A stretch of 64,000 nucleotides of DNA, from the NCBI GenBank assembly GCA_001769835.1, contig MEPR01000035.1, positions 24,683 through 88,682 of the forward strand. Reading direction: 5' to 3'. The notes beneath the pieces were generated by a model. That model was not told the origin of the DNA and did not search any database. It saw only the letters and a list, made by a program, of their open reading frames with translations. The DNA comes from Bdellovibrionales bacterium GWB1_55_8. Its GTDB lineage: Bacteria > Bdellovibrionota > UBA1018. This document shows positions 45,015 through 54,333 of the stretch, piece by piece (positions within the stretch are counted from its first letter, which is position 1; each line of letters begins with the position of its first letter). The position numbers were made by a program, and so were the translations under genes.

Positions 45015-46149
45015 TGAATATCTCCAGGGTGTTCAGATACATGTCTTTCCAAAGTTCGATGTACTGCGCGACATAGGGTTTGAACCTCTTCTCGATTTCC
45101 ATTCCACGGAAATTCAAAGGCTCCATCGTGCGGCTCAAGACCACAAAATCGTGCATAGCCCCATCGACTTCGCGCATGGCCGGATAAATCGCGACGGGCA
45201 GGAACTGTGACTGCAGGAGAGTTTCCAGAGAACGGGTGTGTTCGACGCCCATGAGTACCTCGAGATAGGAAACACCAAAGCCTCTGAGTAAACGCAGCAG
45301 CCCCCTGAGCCGACCTTCCAGCGTGTAAACCGGCTGATCGAGCGCAACGATCGCGCAATAACCATCCACCTTTGAAAAATAGGCATAAATCTCCACCTCG
45401 CCGTTTTTCGATGCCATCAGGAGATTAGGGAGATGGAACGGGTAAAATCGATCATAAGGATCCTTGAACGCCTCATTGAAACGACGGAGCACATAATCGG
45501 GCGCGAAGACCAGCTCAAACTCGAGTTCAGGAGCCGCGGGCGCCGGAGTCCATTCATCGCGATCCGTCAGCTCCTGACTCTCTGTTACTCCCAATTGCGC
45601 ATGCAGGACTTCGTAGATCTTTGCCAGTTTGCGCGGAATCCTCTCAGGCCTTCGTCGCCGTTCGAGCACACCCGGCTTGAACTTGGCCAAAAGGGTCGTC
45701 GTTTCGAACTCGCGCAACCGATGTGCGTTGGGGAATATTCCAAGAGGGAGGTAACCATCCCTGAGGAAGGTCAGCTGCGGACCGACGGAAAGCGTGCGAG
45801 TCGTTGTGTATAACGTGTTGAGCGGCCCCGCCTCACTGATCAGGTCCCGACCACCCACGGAGACGAGAGTAGAGCCAACACTTTGCTTGCGGTAATCAGG
45901 GTGGACAACAAGAGCGGCTACTTTGCCCACTTTATTGATGGGATCGAGATCGAAAACAACGGATCCGGCAATCGCACCGGTTGCCTTGTCTCTCGCCACC
46001 AGCCAGTTGTGATCCACCGACGAGATCGTGTCAGCCATTACTTTGGGATCATTGTAAGAGAGCGGATAGCTGTTACCGTAAACGACAAAATACAGCTTCA
46101 GGAGTTCGTTGATATCCGCTAGATAGGCGCTTTCGATCGAGAAAGGCAT
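45001..46149 (-). CDS. two-domain protein with N-terminal GNAT-like acyltransferase domain
   Basis: HNWLVARDKATGAIAGSVVFDLDPINKVGKVAALVVHPDYRKQSVGSTLV resembles GNAT motifs A/B. Start at ATG 46149 with a GGGAG SD; the track start at 46218 would overlap the MFS gene. Confidence 0.45.
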   Translation of the reverse strand: MPFSIESAYLADINELLKLYFVVYGNSYPLSYNDPKVMADTISSVDHNWLVARDKATGAIAGSVVFDLDPINKVGKVAALVVHPDYRKQSVGSTLVSVGGRDLISEAGPLNTLYTTTRTLSVGPQLTFLRDGYLPLGIFPNAHRLREFETTTLLAKFKPGVLERRRRPERIPRKLAKIYEVLHAQLGVTESQELTDRDEWTPAPAAPELEFELVFAPDYVLRRFNEAFKDPYDRFYPFHLPNLLMASKNGEVEIYAYFSKVDGYCAIVALDQPVYTLEGRLRGLLRLLRGFGVSYLEVLMGVEHTRSLETLLQSQFLPVAIYPAMREVDGAMHDFVVLSRTMEPLNFRGMEIEKRFKPYVAQYIELWKDMYLNTLEIFNERK

Positions 46150-46151
46150 GA

Positions 46152-47375
46152 TTAGATCTCCCGAATCCCGGGAATCGCCCGGGTTCCTGCGGCCAGAGCC
46201 ATAAGAATCAATGCGCAAACTACGGCAAATACCTCGACCTGAATCGATTCAATGAAAAATCCGATTAACCCCATTGAAACGGGCAGCGAGGCAACGCTGA
46301 TCAGATTCACCAAACCCATGACTACGGGAACATCTTTCTCTTCGGGACGAGTCTGGAAAAAGTTCAGTATAAAGATGTTCGCAAGCGCCAGGAAAAGGCC
46401 AAGAAATCCTATAGCTATGCAACCAAACATCAACTGCGGCGCTAGAGTGAACCCCAAGTAACTGGCAGCCATCAAGACCAGACTTGCCAAGATCCTGATT
46501 CCCAATCCTCCGGGCACTCGACCAAACGAAAGCCACAGGCTGCCAAGCACGCTGCCCAGCCCCATGAAGAACTCCAGCGTGGCGAGAGTTGAGATCTGGC
46601 CGCCAAAGACATTCTTCGCGTACCACGGCAGGAACACCATCACAGGAGCCAACACAAGATTCATCAGAAGAAAACTCATCAGCATGCCGCGGATCACGCT
46701 TTCCTTTTTAAGAATTCGGAAAATACGCGCGGGTGGCTCCGCCTTCTGTTGAGTGGACGATTCGGGTCGCGGCGGCCGGATACCCATCTCCAAAATGCCG
46801 GAATAAATATAGCTCAGTCCGTTTACCACGAGCAGCCCCGGAAGCCCGACCCATTGGTAAACGAGCACGGAAAACAACGGGCCGAGCACATTTCCCAAAG
46901 AGAAACAGGAGTCGACCATGGCGGTCAGTTCCTGCAGAGATCCAGCAGGAGCAAGTTTCACGGGTAGAGTGAGAATCGCGGGATTAAAAAGGCTGCCCGC
47001 CATGCTGGAAACGAAGGAAACGAAGAACAACAGGGCAAGGACGCCGGAAAATGGCAGGGACTCTGCGCCTGACACAATCGGCAGAGCGGCGGCCGCAAGA
47101 AGGAAGAGCGCGCCCCGGAAAAAGTCAGTCAGGATCACGGTTCTGAGCGGCCCGATCCGCGCGACGATGCGGCCGGAATACGGTGCCAGCAGCAGATGAG
47201 GCAACGTGCTCACTGCGATAAACCAGGGTATCCACTTGGCCGCGAACTGATCCGAAATGATCCAGATCAGCCCGAGTGACATGACTTTATCGCAGACCTG
47301 TGAAATCAGCTGTCCTGCGACAAGCTTTCTGGAATTCGCATCACGAATCACGTCAAACCGGAAATGGGATTTCAT
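46152..47375 (-). CDS. MFS transporter
   Basis: 12 TM segments. GRIVARIGPLRTVILTD contains the MFS loop 2-3 motif. Confidence 0.75.
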   Translation of the reverse strand: MKSHFRFDVIRDANSRKLVAGQLISQVCDKVMSLGLIWIISDQFAAKWIPWFIAVSTLPHLLLAPYSGRIVARIGPLRTVILTDFFRGALFLLAAAALPIVSGAESLPFSGVLALLFFVSFVSSMAGSLFNPAILTLPVKLAPAGSLQELTAMVDSCFSLGNVLGPLFSVLVYQWVGLPGLLVVNGLSYIYSGILEMGIRPPRPESSTQQKAEPPARIFRILKKESVIRGMLMSFLLMNLVLAPVMVFLPWYAKNVFGGQISTLATLEFFMGLGSVLGSLWLSFGRVPGGLGIRILASLVLMAASYLGFTLAPQLMFGCIAIGFLGLFLALANIFILNFFQTRPEEKDVPVVMGLVNLISVASLPVSMGLIGFFIESIQVEVFAVVCALILMALAAGTRAIPGIREI

Positions 47376-48778
47376 TTTTTCGGCTCAGCCACTCGAATCA
47401 CGCGAACCCGGTCTTGTGAGTAGCCGCCCGTAAGCGCGGAGATAAGAATACCGGGTTCGGTGCCGGAACGGACAAAGTCGATGGGAACCTCGACAAAGTG
47501 TTCGAGCAACATACCCATCACATCGTTGTTGCCGATTCTTGCCAGATCGCTCTCGGATTCGCGGGTTGTATAGGGATCGGCCAGCACGGACCTCGGCGAA
47601 GCAATGAAGGTTCCGCCGTTCTGAAGGACAAGACCGGCAAGGTTCTTTACGAAGAGAGTACCTTTTTCACTCTTGGCCACCTGGCAGGAGACAAGATTGA
47701 TTCTTGCGTCTTCCGCAAACAGATCTTTGGGCCATTCTTCGACGAAGGGACGCAAACGTCCAAGGGCTTTCTGGTTCACCTCTCCCCGGCTGTCGAACCA
47801 TTTCCAAGGCTGAACGATGTCCTCTATACCACCCGAACGAAGATCAAAGTTGCCCTTGGATCCATGCGAGGTCAGAACCACCTCCTTGATTCGGCCTCTC
47901 TTTTGTAACTGTCCAAGTTTTTGAAGCATCTCCTCGGGCGTGGAGACTGTCATCGTGACGACTTGAGAGTCATCGAGTTGATTATACCTGGTCCTTTGAT
48001 TCACAAAAAAGTCTGAGCCCTTTTTTGCGAGCTCCGCCGCGCCGGCCGGCAAAACGACAACCATGAGTTCGTCTTTTTTAAATGGTTCACCGGGAGGCAC
48101 AGCCTGATCCAACTCATTGATGAATGTCGTCCCGCGATCTCGCAAAATGGAGGGCACGTTGTATCCAGCGACGGTCATCGCTGAATAGCCCACGGCGTAC
48201 GGTACATTCTTGTAGATGAGCTCGGCCGGCATGATCAGGATTTCCTTCACCTTCTCCACGGACCGATTGGATTTCCTGGCCAACATCAAAGTCTTCCCGA
48301 GCATCACAGGAGGAATGCGAACACCGTCCCAGAGAACGAAGGCAGGCGCGAAACTCGTGCGGATTCCCTTTTCCGCCAGACAATACGCGAAGTCAAAACA
48401 ACGATAGCTCTTCTTGAGAGCCTGCTTCGCCGGAACCGGGAGTCGGTTCAGCATCTTGTTATTCAAAACAGCTTCGGCATCGGACCGATCACTTTTCAGA
48501 AACTCAACGATGGGTGCGATTTCTCTTTTCCAGTGCTCGGAGGCACGGCTTTTCATGCTCGGTATGATTTGCTGAAAAAGCGGTTTCACGCACCCGGATT
48601 GTTTCGCGGCAAGATCCTGGTCCGCAAACGAAGGCACGCCGTGAGGCAGGACCAGGAGCGCCAGGAACACTATGATGCCAATGGAGCGACGGAGCTTCAC
48701 AGTGACTCTTCGGACATTGGTGAATAAAAACTCAGGAAATATCGAATAGCATCGCCTGGTTCCATCCAGTTCGGTCAA
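47372..48778 (-). CDS. hypothetical secreted protein with possible clan-CD (caspase/CHAT-like) His-Gly...Cys dyad in C-terminal domain
   Basis: Signal peptide (from GTG 48700: MKLRRSIGIIVFLALLVLPHGVPSFA). EVVLTSHGSKGNFDL and ARINLVSCQVAKS each follow a hydrophobic block, as in clan CD peptidases. Confidence 0.4.
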   Translation of the reverse strand: MTELDGTRRCYSIFPEFLFTNVRRVTVKLRRSIGIIVFLALLVLPHGVPSFADQDLAAKQSGCVKPLFQQIIPSMKSRASEHWKREIAPIVEFLKSDRSDAEAVLNNKMLNRLPVPAKQALKKSYRCFDFAYCLAEKGIRTSFAPAFVLWDGVRIPPVMLGKTLMLARKSNRSVEKVKEILIMPAELIYKNVPYAVGYSAMTVAGYNVPSILRDRGTTFINELDQAVPPGEPFKKDELMVVVLPAGAAELAKKGSDFFVNQRTRYNQLDDSQVVTMTVSTPEEMLQKLGQLQKRGRIKEVVLTSHGSKGNFDLRSGGIEDIVQPWKWFDSRGEVNQKALGRLRPFVEEWPKDLFAEDARINLVSCQVAKSEKGTLFVKNLAGLVLQNGGTFIASPRSVLADPYTTRESESDLARIGNNDVMGMLLEHFVEVPIDFVRSGTEPGILISALTGGYSQDRVRVIRVAEPKK

Positions 48779-48853
48779 AGAACTGACGCTGCCCGTAATT
48801 TGTCAAGCAGCCGGTCAGATATTCCGAAAGGAAATCGGAGCAAGGAGATCACC

Positions 48854-49552
48854 ATGGGAGAACTGAGAACTGCAATCATTTGGACCGCCGTTTGCGCCGG
48901 GCTCTTTGGCGCTTTTCCGACAGCCGGCGAAGCGGCGGAAGTCGATTCCGCGACACCCGAAGCAGCTGCTTCGCCGAGCGTACCGGAAACTGCAGCAATA
49001 CCGGCCCTTGCCCCTGCGCCAACGGATACGCCGCCATCTTCGCCGGTAACACAGGAAACGAGAGACGGCCTTGCGCTCGGCGGACAGATTTTTCTTTCCA
49101 TTCAGAACTGGTCCAAAGTCGGCATGGCCGGTGATGCGAAGCTCGGAATCGGGGTGGGCGGCTCGCTTGGACTCGGCTTTCGGCTGGGTGACATGAAGGT
49201 CACCGTTGGTCCGGCGCTTTGGACCAACTCCTGGTCAGCCGACTATTCGTCAAAGGCCCAGAGCGCCACAAGTCGCGTCTATGTGACAATGAACGACGCC
49301 GGGATTTCACTCGTCTCTTACCTGGATGACATGTTCATTGAGCTCGGAACGGGGAACTCAACCATCAAATCGGGGATGATGGTCAGCGGAGAAGATATTC
49401 CCTACCCCTATGACGGGACCAGCTATTCCTATAAGTGCTTCGGAATTGGCTTCAAGAATGAGTCGTTTTTGGTCGGTCTCGGAATCAAGAATTACGACGG
49501 TTACGCCAAGGCCGCGAACCACGCGAATTTCATGATCGGACTGGGATTCTAA
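48854..49552 (+). CDS. putative outer-membrane beta-barrel protein (porin-like), 232 aa
   Basis: AGGAG SD 6 nt before ATG 48854. Signal peptide, Pro/Ala-rich linker, alternating beta-strand pattern, C-terminal ...MIGLGF. Confidence 0.5.
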   Translation: MGELRTAIIWTAVCAGLFGAFPTAGEAAEVDSATPEAAASPSVPETAAIPALAPAPTDTPPSSPVTQETRDGLALGGQIFLSIQNWSKVGMAGDAKLGIGVGGSLGLGFRLGDMKVTVGPALWTNSWSADYSSKAQSATSRVYVTMNDAGISLVSYLDDMFIELGTGNSTIKSGMMVSGEDIPYPYDGTSYSYKCFGIGFKNESFLVGLGIKNYDGYAKAANHANFMIGLGF

Positions 49553-49558
49553 AAATAG

Positions 49559-49648
49559 TGGCGGAGAGAAAGGGATTCGAACCCTTGTTACGGTTGCCCG
49601 TAAACACGCTTTCCAAGCGTGCTCCTTCAACCACTCGGACATCTCTCC
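49559..49648 (-). tRNA. tRNA-Ser (anticodon GGA), CCA encoded
   Basis: Reverse complement reads GGAGAGATGTCCGAGTGGTTGAAGGAGCACGCTTGGAAAGCGTGTTTACGGGCAACCGTAACAAGGGTTCGAATCCCTTTCTCTCCGCCA. It has a 7-bp acceptor stem, a D-loop GTGGTTGAA, an anticodon loop TTGGAAA (GGA), a long variable arm and a T-loop GGTTCGAATCC. Confidence 0.85.
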
Positions 49649-49852
49649 GCATTTGAAAAGGGTTGAATATTAGCTGGTTAGCATATTGGAAATCTGCGGT
49701 CCACTACTTCTGAACCGTTGGTAAAGATTCCGGTTTTTTTCTTTTGGCGTCATGCCGGCGCACATGGCAGCCTGCTCTAAAATCGCCTGTCCTCAAAATA
49801 TTATGACATCGGAACGGTTTTCCGAAGTTCAACACCGTGTAAACTGAAATAT

Positions 49853-51253
49853 GTGCCGAAACTAAGTAACTATGGCGACTATCTATCAAAGTCGCCGCTT
49901 CTGGTTTTCCTCATCTCTGTTTTCGGAGTGTTTACGTTCGAGTTGCTGATCATGCTAATGATCGACGACTGGAATCTTTCTGTATTTCAAATCGCGGCGC
50001 TTGATTCCACCCTTCTCAGTCTGGTCACTGTGGCGCTCTTCTGGTTCGTCATATTCTCTCCAATGAAGGCATCTCTGGTGCGACGCCTGGACGCGGAAAA
50101 GCAGAAGGAAACACTTCAAAGTCAGCTCTTCCATTCGGCCAAGCTGGCAACTATCGGGACAATGGCCGCGGGAATCGCGCACGAAATCAACAATCCCCTG
50201 GCGATCATGCTTGGGAATGAGGAGTTACTCAGGGAGCGGATTAGAAAACTGGAACACCTGGACCCGCAGCTCCTGCGGCATCTCGATCGCCAAAAGGAAG
50301 CCGGGGAGAGAATCGCGCGGATCGTGAAGGGACTGAGGGCAGCGGCTAGAGCAGAAACTGATTCCTCCGAATCCGTCGACTTGCGGGAACTCTGGCCAAA
50401 GCTGACCGAAATTGCCGAGGTACTGCTGAGTTCCACTCCGATCCAACTCGTGCTTGAGGAGTGGGAGGGGGAACGATTTGTTCAGGCAAATCAGGATGAG
50501 CTGATGCAGGTGATTGCCAATCTTCTGTCGAACGCGAAAGACGCCTTGAAAGAGCAAACATCCGGATCGATCAGGGTCAGCGCGCGGGAGCTGGACGATA
50601 AAATCGACATTCTTGTCTCGGATACTGGCTCAGGTATTTCAAAAGAGAATCTTGCAAGAATATTTGATCCTTTCTACACGACGAAGGCACCAGGAGAGGG
50701 GACCGGTCTCGGGCTTTCGATATCCCACAGAATCGTAACCAACTTTGGCGGCACTATTACAGTTGAGTCGACACAAGGAGTTGGTACGACCTTCCTGATC
50801 CGTCTTCCTCGCGCGGCTGATCGGCCTAAACCAAAACTCCCGCCTGAGCAGCTTCCGCAGGGCCAATTCTTGAAAAAGAGTCGCGTCCTGGTGGCCGACG
50901 ACGAACCTGCGGTACGGGAAATTCTTTCGAAATGGCTTTCGAACAGCGGATATATCGTTGAGCTGGCCAGCGACGGCCACGACGCGCTTCGCAAACTTCA
51001 AAGCCAATCTTGCGACATTCTGATCACGGATCTGTGCATGCCTGGAATGTCCGGCGAAAAGCTGATTCAGACTATCAGAAACTCAAGCCTCTATCCCGAA
51101 ATGAAAATCGCTGTAATCACGGGCGGGATTTTTCCCGACAGCTCAAACTCCGAAGGCACTTCTCAACCACCTCTTGCCGATGGATATCTCGAAAAGCCAT
51201 TCACCCGCGACGCTCTTTCAAAGCTCCTGCTGTCTCTCCAAGCCCCTGTTTAG
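49853..51253 (+). CDS. hybrid sensor histidine kinase/response regulator
   Basis: Two TM segments. HisKA box GIAHEINNPL. HATPase motifs SDTGSGISKENLARIFDPFYTTK and GTGLGLSIS. C-terminal REC domain VLVADDEP...DILITDLCMPGMSG. Confidence 0.8.
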   Translation: MPKLSNYGDYLSKSPLLVFLISVFGVFTFELLIMLMIDDWNLSVFQIAALDSTLLSLVTVALFWFVIFSPMKASLVRRLDAEKQKETLQSQLFHSAKLATIGTMAAGIAHEINNPLAIMLGNEELLRERIRKLEHLDPQLLRHLDRQKEAGERIARIVKGLRAAARAETDSSESVDLRELWPKLTEIAEVLLSSTPIQLVLEEWEGERFVQANQDELMQVIANLLSNAKDALKEQTSGSIRVSARELDDKIDILVSDTGSGISKENLARIFDPFYTTKAPGEGTGLGLSISHRIVTNFGGTITVESTQGVGTTFLIRLPRAADRPKPKLPPEQLPQGQFLKKSRVLVADDEPAVREILSKWLSNSGYIVELASDGHDALRKLQSQSCDILITDLCMPGMSGEKLIQTIRNSSLYPEMKIAVITGGIFPDSSNSEGTSQPPLADGYLEKPFTRDALSKLLLSLQAPV

Positions 51254-51831
51254 GGAAACCGAATGCGCATACCGAGCGTGGACTGATATTCGTTCTGGCT
51301 CATGTCCGGAAACTTGTTGAAAACGACAGTCACCCCCCCGGAGAGCTCAAAACCAGGGATCATCTTGGAACTCAGGCCCAGACCCGCATAAGGACGGTAA
51401 GTGATATCGCCCACCGTTTGGGTCGTGACTCCGCTCGCTGTCTCCTCATGCGTGTTGCGTTTGGCCTGGCCACCCGCACGCGCCTGAAATGACAGTAGTG
51501 AACTCACGTTCATAGAGCTGCGCAGGCCGACTTTCAGTTTGTCATCCATGTCCTTGGTCGTCAGCGCTTGTGCGGGAAAATCCTCTGTATCAGTGCCGCG
51601 CGTGTATTCCGCCTCCCCGGACACGAGGGGAATTCCGGCAGTCACGCGTGCCCCGTAGGTCAGGCGGTCTTTCGTATGCCGCTCAGGAACGAACTTCTGC
51701 ACGCGTTCGTAGCCGATAATCGGTTCAACGCCGATCGTGACCGGCGAACCCACCGCGTGAGCAGAACGCGCGGACACGAAGCCAAAAGAGAGCAGCGCCA
51801 CCAGTACGTAAATTGTTTTCATACGCCTCAT
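51250..51831 (-). CDS. putative outer-membrane beta-barrel protein (OmpW/OmpA-barrel-like)
   Basis: Signal peptide MRRMKTIYVLVALLSFGFVSARSAHA (ATG 51831), then alternating strands to the C-terminus. Confidence 0.45.
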   Translation of the reverse strand: MRRMKTIYVLVALLSFGFVSARSAHAVGSPVTIGVEPIIGYERVQKFVPERHTKDRLTYGARVTAGIPLVSGEAEYTRGTDTEDFPAQALTTKDMDDKLKVGLRSSMNVSSLLSFQARAGGQAKRNTHEETASGVTTQTVGDITYRPYAGLGLSSKMIPGFELSGGVTVVFNKFPDMSQNEYQSTLGMRIRFP

Positions 51832-51894
51832 TGTAGTAGAAGCATGTCTGTGGCTGCGCAAATTATCGATCAGCCGCCCGCGAATGCCGAGCAC

Positions 51895-52917
51895 TCACCC
51901 TTCTCCGGCAATTTGTTGACGCCAGAGACGCTTGAAATCCGATCGCCGCTGCTGTCCAAGCAGAAGTGAAGCCTTCACAAAGCAACTCTCCAGCGTCATT
52001 CCCCCCGCCCAAAGGCAACCCTCCTCCAGAAGTATCTGACCGGCTTCATACGTCGAAGGGTCCGCGCCGGAACCGCCTTCGGATACGACAATCACGGGAG
52101 TGCTCGTGCGCTTTGCCGCACGCAGCATTTTACGAAACTCCGGATCGTGCGTGGGCGCAGTGCCGGATGCGAAGACGTTCAAAACGATTCCATCCAATTG
52201 CGGAAGCAGATGTTCTGAAATCACACGCGCAGGGAAGCCGGGCGTCGCATGAACCAGAGCCACTTTTGAACTGAAGGAGGGCCGCAGGCGACTTCGGCTC
52301 ACTTGCCGTTTGCCAGTCGTGGATTTCCGGTAACGGATATCCGTTCCGACAGTAGCGATGGGTTCCACGAAAGGACTGTCAAAAGCGTGATAGTCCGTCG
52401 CGCTCTTCTTGTGCACCCGATTGCCCTGAAAAAGTCGATCATCGAAGAACACGGAGACCTGATTCACAAGCGGCCTCGGACCGGACGCCGCGATCTCGAC
52501 GGCCGACACAAGATTCCTCCGAGCATCACTTCTCAGCGCCGCGAAAGGTCTTTGCGCTCCCGTGAGAATCACCGGCCGCGGGCAGGGCAATAGAAGAAAC
52601 GACAGCGCGCTTGCCGTATAGGCCAGAGTATCCGTCCCATGAAGCACAATGATGCCATCGTATTTCATCCATCGGGATCGGATGTGATCGGCGATCTCAC
52701 ACCACTCTTTCGGTCCGATGTGCGCGCTATCACAGTTCATGAGCACATCGACGTCACATTTCGCAAGTTCCTGCAGTTCCGGAGCGCGCGTCAGAAAGTT
52801 CTTTCGCAATATCGCGGAGGAAAGCCTCGGGACTGAGAGGCGATCACCCTTACCCGAGCGGGTGAGCTTCATACCGAAAGTGCCACCGGTGTAAACGATC
52901 AGAATACGGGGAAGCAT
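51895..52917 (-). CDS. ansA: L-asparaginase (type I/II family)
   Basis: ILIVYTGGTFGM (Thr nucleophile) and HGTDTLAYTA motifs. Confidence 0.85.
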   Translation of the reverse strand: MLPRILIVYTGGTFGMKLTRSGKGDRLSVPRLSSAILRKNFLTRAPELQELAKCDVDVLMNCDSAHIGPKEWCEIADHIRSRWMKYDGIIVLHGTDTLAYTASALSFLLLPCPRPVILTGAQRPFAALRSDARRNLVSAVEIAASGPRPLVNQVSVFFDDRLFQGNRVHKKSATDYHAFDSPFVEPIATVGTDIRYRKSTTGKRQVSRSRLRPSFSSKVALVHATPGFPARVISEHLLPQLDGIVLNVFASGTAPTHDPEFRKMLRAAKRTSTPVIVVSEGGSGADPSTYEAGQILLEEGCLWAGGMTLESCFVKASLLLGQQRRSDFKRLWRQQIAGEG

Positions 52918-52936
52918 TCATTCTCCCAATGGGTTC

Positions 52937-54181
52937 TCAAGGAGCCGCGATGTACTCATCCAGAACTTTGCCATCCATGCCGATTGCGCGGTAGGAATTT
53001 CGGCTCTGAGCCCCCTCATTCACATCAACGACCCAGAAATGCCGAGTGGCCGATGAGGACGCAACGTACCAGGGCCGAGCGGCGGAGAGCACCCTGGGAT
53101 GAATACCCCAGGCTCCGTCACCGAAATAGACGGTGCCACCGGCGCTCACCTCACGACCCTGTTGAAGCATTTTCGTGCGCTTCAGCGCGTGATCATGACT
53201 TTCAAAGCCCGCAGTAAGCCCGAAGAGATCAAAAAGAGGAAGCCACTGATCCCGACCCTTGCGGGAACCCATCGAGTTGAAGTCTCGATGACTCGGATAC
53301 AGAGGGATATGATAAAGCGCGAAGCGGTTTTTTGTTGAAACGTGTTTTGTCAGCTGCCCGAACAGCCAATCCCGCTGCTTGCCGCCATGACTGAAGATGT
53401 GACCCGTATCCAGAACATGAACAACCGTGTCGGCTCCGAAGGTGCGGGTAAAGTAAGTCTTTTCGCCGTTCTGCTTGAAAAGTCCGATGAAGAACGGCGC
53501 CTGGGCGAAAGCACGCGTCCCGAACAGCCCGTCCACTTCATGGTTTCCGACCGCGAGCACCATGGGAACCGTGAAGCCCTGCGGGGTAAGCATTTTTTCG
53601 CCCCAGTATTTCAGCCACATATCCCATTTCGGAAAATTGCTGATCTTTCCATTGTCACGGGCGATGTCTCCCCCGATCAGCGCGAACTGCGGCTCGAGGG
53701 CTGCTGCGTGCTGAAGTAGCTGAGGAACACTCTCATTCACGTCCATATCCCCCCCGACCACAAACCTGAGAGGGCTGGAATCGTTGGGGATCGTACGAAA
53801 CTTCCGCTCGGCACTAAAGCCCACGTCCGCGTCACCGGCGGCAAAGAAGTAGGTCGCGCCGGGGGTGAGGTCTTTCAGCTCTGCGGAATGAACGTGGACG
53901 CCGGTCTTTTCAAAATCCCAGGACTCCGCTTTCACCTCATGGCGGTAGAGCGCAGGCTCGGTACCCCGCGCTTCAGTGTCGTAGCGTACGACCGGCGTGT
54001 TCATAGTCCGGCCGGCATCGATAAAGAGTACGGTCATCGTCCTGCTTGTGTCTTCACTCTTCCAGGTCAGATAGACATGAAAGCCGCCCTGGATGGAATC
54101 ACGCGGATCGCAAGAGCCGGTCCCGAAGCCCAGACCGAGCAATCCGATCAGAATGGTGAATGAGGTCATTGTCTTTTTCAT
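52937..54181 (-). CDS. metallophosphoesterase (purple acid phosphatase-like), secreted
   Basis: Signal peptide from ATG 54181 with an AGGAG SD. Motifs GGDMDV, GGDIARDNG and VGNHE. N-terminal FN3-like region. Confidence 0.75.
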   Translation of the reverse strand: MKKTMTSFTILIGLLGLGFGTGSCDPRDSIQGGFHVYLTWKSEDTSRTMTVLFIDAGRTMNTPVVRYDTEARGTEPALYRHEVKAESWDFEKTGVHVHSAELKDLTPGATYFFAAGDADVGFSAERKFRTIPNDSSPLRFVVGGDMDVNESVPQLLQHAAALEPQFALIGGDIARDNGKISNFPKWDMWLKYWGEKMLTPQGFTVPMVLAVGNHEVDGLFGTRAFAQAPFFIGLFKQNGEKTYFTRTFGADTVVHVLDTGHIFSHGGKQRDWLFGQLTKHVSTKNRFALYHIPLYPSHRDFNSMGSRKGRDQWLPLFDLFGLTAGFESHDHALKRTKMLQQGREVSAGGTVYFGDGAWGIHPRVLSAARPWYVASSSATRHFWVVDVNEGAQSRNSYRAIGMDGKVLDEYIAAP

Positions 54182-54286
54182 CGAGCTGCTCCTGAGCGGA
54201 AAGATCAAACACGTCCGGGTGCGAAAAACCAGTCGCAATTGGCGCGTTATGAACCGTAACGCAGAGCGCCGGTGCACTGTTAATTT

Positions 54287-54312
54287 TATCAAATTTATTG
54301 ATATATTTATCA
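54287..54312. promoter_or_regulatory. overlapping inverted repeats TATCAA-N5-TTGATA and TGATA-N4-TATCA, candidate TetR operator
   Basis: Read directly. Located in the AT-rich divergent region 22-47 nt upstream of the TetR start. Confidence 0.4.
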
Positions 54313-54333
54313 GTCAGACATTAAGATGCCGAT

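Noticed and set aside
49651-49700. Promoter for the minus-strand tRNA-Ser (a TAATAT hexamer 16 nt upstream of the mature 5' end)
   Set aside because: No acceptable -35 at the correct spacing. Left unreported because evidence from sequence alone is insufficient.
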